From assembly GCF_009914755.1 (NCBI RefSeq), contig NC_060928.1: a DNA stretch of 64,000 bases; one strand, written 5' to 3'. The translations under genes were made by a program, and so were the position numbers. Numbering within the stretch: the first letter of the stretch is position 1; each line of letters opens with the position of its first letter. The notes beneath the pieces were generated by a model. It was not told the DNA's origin and ran no database searches. It was given only the letters and a program-made list of their open reading frames with translations. Positions 59,200 to 64,000 of this stretch are shown here, piece after piece. The stretch is from the human T2T-CHM13v2.0 reference genome, Homo sapiens.

Positions 59200-60140
59200 A
59201 ACATATGCCTTAATTCCTCCCATATTGAGTGTCTAATATATATGGCAAACTTAAAATGTCTAATACCAAATTCATGCTCTTCCCCTCAAAATCTGCTCAA
59301 TCAGCAGTTTTCTGCTTCTCAGTTGTTGGCAAGTCCATCCTTCCAGTTATCCAGGTGCAGACTCTGGAGCCATGCTGCTCAGCTTCTCACCTGAAAATTC
59401 TGTCAGGGCCACCTTGAGAAAATTTCAGACTATGAAAAGTTTGTCACAACTTACGCTTCAGCTACCTGGTCCGAAATATCATCATCTGGCACTGAGCTAA
59501 TCTCAGTGTTTCCACCCTTGCCCACCCCCACTGCCAGTCTGTTCTCAACACAGCAATTTGAATGATTCTGTGAAAATGTGTCAGATCATGTCACTCCTCT
59601 CTCAAGACCCCCAGTGCCACACCTTCACCCCCACCCTCTGATTTCTCTCAGAACAAAACCCAACGTCTTTCAGTTGTCTCCCAAGCCTCACATGATCTTG
59701 CCCTTTGTTTGTGCTCTGGCCTTACCTCCTACCACTGTCCCTCCCCTTTGCTCTCCCCACTCCAGCCACACGGGCCATGGGCAGTTTCCTGAATCCCAGA
59801 CAAACCCCCTCTTGAGACCTTTGCACTGGCTGCTGTGTCTGGATGGAAGGCTTTCACTCCAGATATACATGTTTCCCTCCTTCCCATTGATTCCAGTGTT
59901 TACTCAAATGTCACCCTCTCATAGCTCTCTCTCTATAAAACACCAACTCCATTGTATGTTACTTCTATTTCTTAAATCTTCTTCTTAAATTAGTTACAAG
60001 ATTATTTGTAACTTTTAGACATAATATGTGTATGAGTATTAATTTATGTATATATGTCTCCTCCCACTAGAGTGACATAGTTTTTGTTTACTCCTTGTCC
60101 CCTGTGTGTACAAAGATGCTTGGCATAGAGTAAACGTTCA
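59200..60140 (+). mobile_element. L2 fragment
   Basis: gtcagatcatgtcactcctct...ccactccagccac...cttggcatag; boundaries approximate. Confidence 0.65.
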
Positions 60141-60477
60141 ATTAAAAATTACTTATTACTTAAGTATTACTCAAATACTTATTGGCATAATTTCTGGAAA
60201 GATACACAGAATACACCTAGCTTTCTTTGGAGGGAAAGGACTGAGTTGGAAAACAGATTCACCTTTCATTTTATATTATTTCATAACAATATTTTAACCA
60301 CATGAATATTAGTTTCTCTCAAGTTAAAGAAATTAGTTGACATAAATCAGTGTGTAAAATGGAGTCTACTCATTCAGATTTGTTTTGGTTATCTAGCTCT
60401 GAGCTCATAGAGATTATCCTTTTTCATGACTAAATTGTGAAGAGGCAGGGCTGCTTCTAATAAGATAATCCAGAGTA

Positions 60478-60842
60478 TTGTGGTGTATACATACTATGGA
60501 ATACTACTCAGCCATGAAAAGGAATGAAATAATGGGATTCACAGCAACCTGGATGGAATTGGAGACCATTATTCTAAGTGAAGTAACTCAGAAATGGAAA
60601 ACCAAACGTCATATGTTCTCACTTATAAGTGAGAGCTAAGCTATGAGGACTCAAAGGCATAAGAATGATACAATGAACTTTGGGGACTTGGGGGAAAGGG
60701 TGGGAGGGGGTGAGAGATGAAAGTCTACACATTGGGTACAGTGTACACTGCTTGGTTGATGGCTGCACCAAAATCTCAGAAATAACCACTAAAGAACTTA
60801 TTCATGAAATAAATAAATTAAAAATCAATAAATAAAATAAAA
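60478..60842 (+). mobile_element. L1PB-like 3' end
   Basis: gagctaagctatgaggactcaaaggcataagaatgatacaatg; A-rich tail. Confidence 0.82.
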
Positions 60843-60849
60843 GGATAAT

Positions 60850-61545
60850 AACCAACATGCATGGAACTGGAGGCCATTGTCCCAAGTGAAATGACTCAGA
60901 AACAGGAAGTCAAAAACTGCATGTTGTCACTTATAAGTGAGAGTTAATCAATGAGTACACATGAACATTGTAATAGTCTGTTCTCATGGTGCTATAAAGA
61001 AATACCCGAGACTGGGTGATTTATAGAGAGGTTTAATTGATTCACAGTTCTGCATGGCTAGGGAGCCTTCAGAAAACACAATCATGGTGGAAGGCGAAGC
61101 AGAAGCAGGCACCTTTTCCACAAGGAGGCAGGAGAGTGAGTGGGAGCAGGGGAAATGCCAGACACTTATAAAACCATCAGATCTCTTGAGAACTCACTCA
61201 GTAACAGAGAACAGCATGAGAGAAACCATCCCCATGATCCAGTCACTTCAGGTCCTTACCATGACACATGGGGATTATGGGGATTAAAATTCAAGATGAG
61301 ATGTGGTGGGGACACAGCCAAACCATATCAGACATATAGAGTGAATAATAGACACTGGCAACTCCAAAAGGTGGGAGAGTGTGAGGGGACTGAGGGATGC
61401 AATACTAACCATTTGGTACAATGTTCACTATTTGGGTTATGGGAACACTAAAAACCCAAATTTCATCACTACGCAATATATCCATGTAACACAACTGCAT
61501 GACATGCACAGATGTACCCCCTAAATCTAGAAAATATTTCAAAAA
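60850..61545 (+). mobile_element. L1PB/L1MA 3' end, interrupted by an MST LTR
   Basis: gcatggaactggaggccatt...ccatgtaacacaactgca...gtaccccctaaatcta. Confidence 0.75.
60969..61330 (-). mobile_element. MaLR solo LTR (MSTA/THE1-like)
   Basis: tgtaatagtctgttctca...gggacacagccaaaccatatca; 5-bp TSD aacat/gacat. Confidence 0.85.
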
Positions 61546-62371
61546 GAGAAAAAAGAAATAAACATGTTCTAATAAAAAAGAGATGGATCAAGTAAATCTG
61601 ACTAAAAAAAAGTTAAAAAATATAAAAATAAAAAGAAATTGAGTGGTAAGGGAAAGCATAAAGATTAAATAACCTATCTAAAGTTATGGAACTTCTGGCA
61701 AGAGAGGCTTAACATTTGGATGCCTACCATTTCTCTGATAGGCAATCAAAATTTTTTGTTAATTTTTTTTTTTACCTGAAAGATTAATACCTGCATATGG
61801 TCAAAAGATTCAAATGAACAGAAGATTCACAGTGAAAAACAAATCTTCCTACATTGACTCCTAAGGTGTCATTTCACCTCCCCAGAGGCAACTGTGCCAT
61901 TTCCTAAAGTGTTCTCATCAAAATAATTTACAGATAGGCACACATATACATCTTTTTCTATATTGCATATCTTTTACACAAAAAGGTACCTGTCATACAT
62001 GCTGTAGTGAACTGTGCTTAAATATGATCTTTATGTAAGTGTTTTCATTCAGTTTAGGAAGAAAAGTGAATTTCTGAGGCATATTAATTGCACACACTTT
62101 TATGTTGATGTTTCAATTACTGTTTTTTTCCCCAACTGTGTTATTTATGCTGAAGCTGCAGAGGGCACTGTAATCTTTCCCAAAACATGGCATAGCCTTG
62201 AATGGTATTTTGAAGAGTGTGAATATGGTGCAAACTGTAGGATTCGGAGAAGCTACTGATATTAAAAATATACATCAATTCAAATTACTCACCTGTTCTC
62301 TCTCATTTTAATGCATTTCATAGAAAATTAATAGTAATATACTTATTACATATAATCACCTTCAATGGGGT

Positions 62372-62667
62372 AATTTTTATTTCAAATTTTATTTTAGGTA
62401 CAGGAAGTACATGTGCAGATTTGTCACATGGGAATATTGTGTGATGCTGAAGTTTGGGGTATGGATATCATCCATAGTGAGCATAGTGCCTGATAGGTAG
62501 TTTTTCAACTCCCTCCTCCCTCCCTCTCTCTCCCTTCTAGTAGACCACAGTGTCTATTGTTCCCATATTTATGTCCATGTGTGGTAAATGTTTAGCTCTG
62601 CTTATAAGTAAGAACATGCAGTATTTTATTTTCTGTTCCTGCATTAAGTTGCTTAGGATTATGGCCT
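62372..62667 (-). mobile_element. Old L1PA 3' fragment
   Basis: tacatgtgcagatttgtcacatggg...gttgcttaggattatggcct. Confidence 0.8.
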
Positions 62668-64000
62668 AAATAGGAGTAATTTTTGTTTAACAGAGAGAAT
62701 GCCTAATTTTCAAAGCATCTATTTGAAAGACATCTATTTGGAGACATCTATTTGTAATGATCACAGACATAGTATTTCTCACCTTTTAATCACAGTAACA
62801 GGGGATTTGTATGGCATCATGGGAACTGCTCTGGCCTGGGTCAGTCCAAAGACTATTTCTAAGCTATGCCGCATTGGAAAATCATTTATCTCTGTGTGTC
62901 ACCATTTTCTCATCCATACAATGAGATAATTGGATGAGAAAATTTCTAAGGGTTTTTTTCAGCTTCAATAATTCTATAATGTCTTCATTAAGGAAAGAAA
63001 ATTGAATCGCTAAGAGAATAGATTTTAAGTTACTCACACAAAAATATGTGAGGTAATGCATATATTAATTAGCTTGATTTAGCCATTCCACAATATATAC
63101 ATACTATTAAACTCATATTGTACCCCATAAATATAAGTACTTTTTGTCAGTTAAAAAAAATAAAAAAATTTTTAAAGGAAACTTGTTCAAATTGAGTATG
63201 GATGAGTGTAAAATTGAATACAGATTTGTGAGGGAGTAGGAAAAGTGATCTGTGTTACCAAGAAAATCTAAGATAGTCACAATGTGGCAGAGGATGATGG
63301 CAGCCCACCAAAATCTATTCTCTTCTTTCTGGCCAGAAAGCAAGATTACATTCCCAGCCTGCCTTGCAGTTAAGGGCCACTTCTAGGCCTATATAGAATT
63401 CCAGGGGTGCACTTTTCCTGCCTCATCCTTGGTGAGCATCCTTTCTCCTTTTCTTCATTGATTCTTCCAAATCCTGACCACTTTCTTCAAGCCCAGGTTT
63501 CATCTTCATCTTTATTGAGAAATCAGGACCATCAGGCAAGATGTCTCAACTTCCAGGTTTCCCACCCTACCTCCTGCACTTCTACTGATTTATATCCTCA
63601 CCAACTCTTCCCTCTTTTCATGCACGTCCAGAGTGAAGTGTCTGTGGTGTCTGAGATGAGCCCTTCCATTTATGTCCTTGGCTCCTTTCTCTCCAGTGTC
63701 CTCTACATCCTTGCTCAGGCAGTTATTTTCTCTCTTATTTCAGAAAAATGCTAGAAAATAACAAAAAGAATCATCTGTAATTTCACCTTAAAAATTATCT
63801 AAATTGCCTAGTGAATGTTCCTTCTATTACCCAGTCATCAAATTTCATCTTCCCTAAGGTAATCTATGTTAATTAAATTTATATTTCTTGAATATATGCA
63901 ATAAATCTATGTGGATAACCAGATGTTTTCATATTTTCAAGAATAAGATTATTCTGTAATTGATCTAAAATTTGCTTTTTACACTAACAAATCAATATAT

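Overview
Human (or very close primate) genomic DNA holding the 5' two-thirds of CENPE (kinesin-7, centromere protein E) on the minus strand. It includes the CpG-island promoter (~56.0-56.4 kb) and 34 consecutive GT-AG exons that I spliced by hand into one open frame of 5304 nt (aa 1-1768: motor domain, then coiled-coil stalk); the gene continues past the left edge. Introns and the ~7.6 kb upstream are rich in Alu, L1, L2/MIR, MaLR LTRs and MER33. Main observation: the stalk is encoded by a tandem array of alternating phase-0 'long' (~204-291 nt) and 'short' (156-159 nt) exons. At each place the alternation breaks, a fossil exon is still in the intron: two decayed short exons (4945-5086, 2657-2805) and one long exon (333-922) whose 94-codon frame and both splice sites are intact apart from an Alu inserted into it. 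Exon numbers are my own count, repeat subfamily calls are by eye, and nothing was checked against a database.
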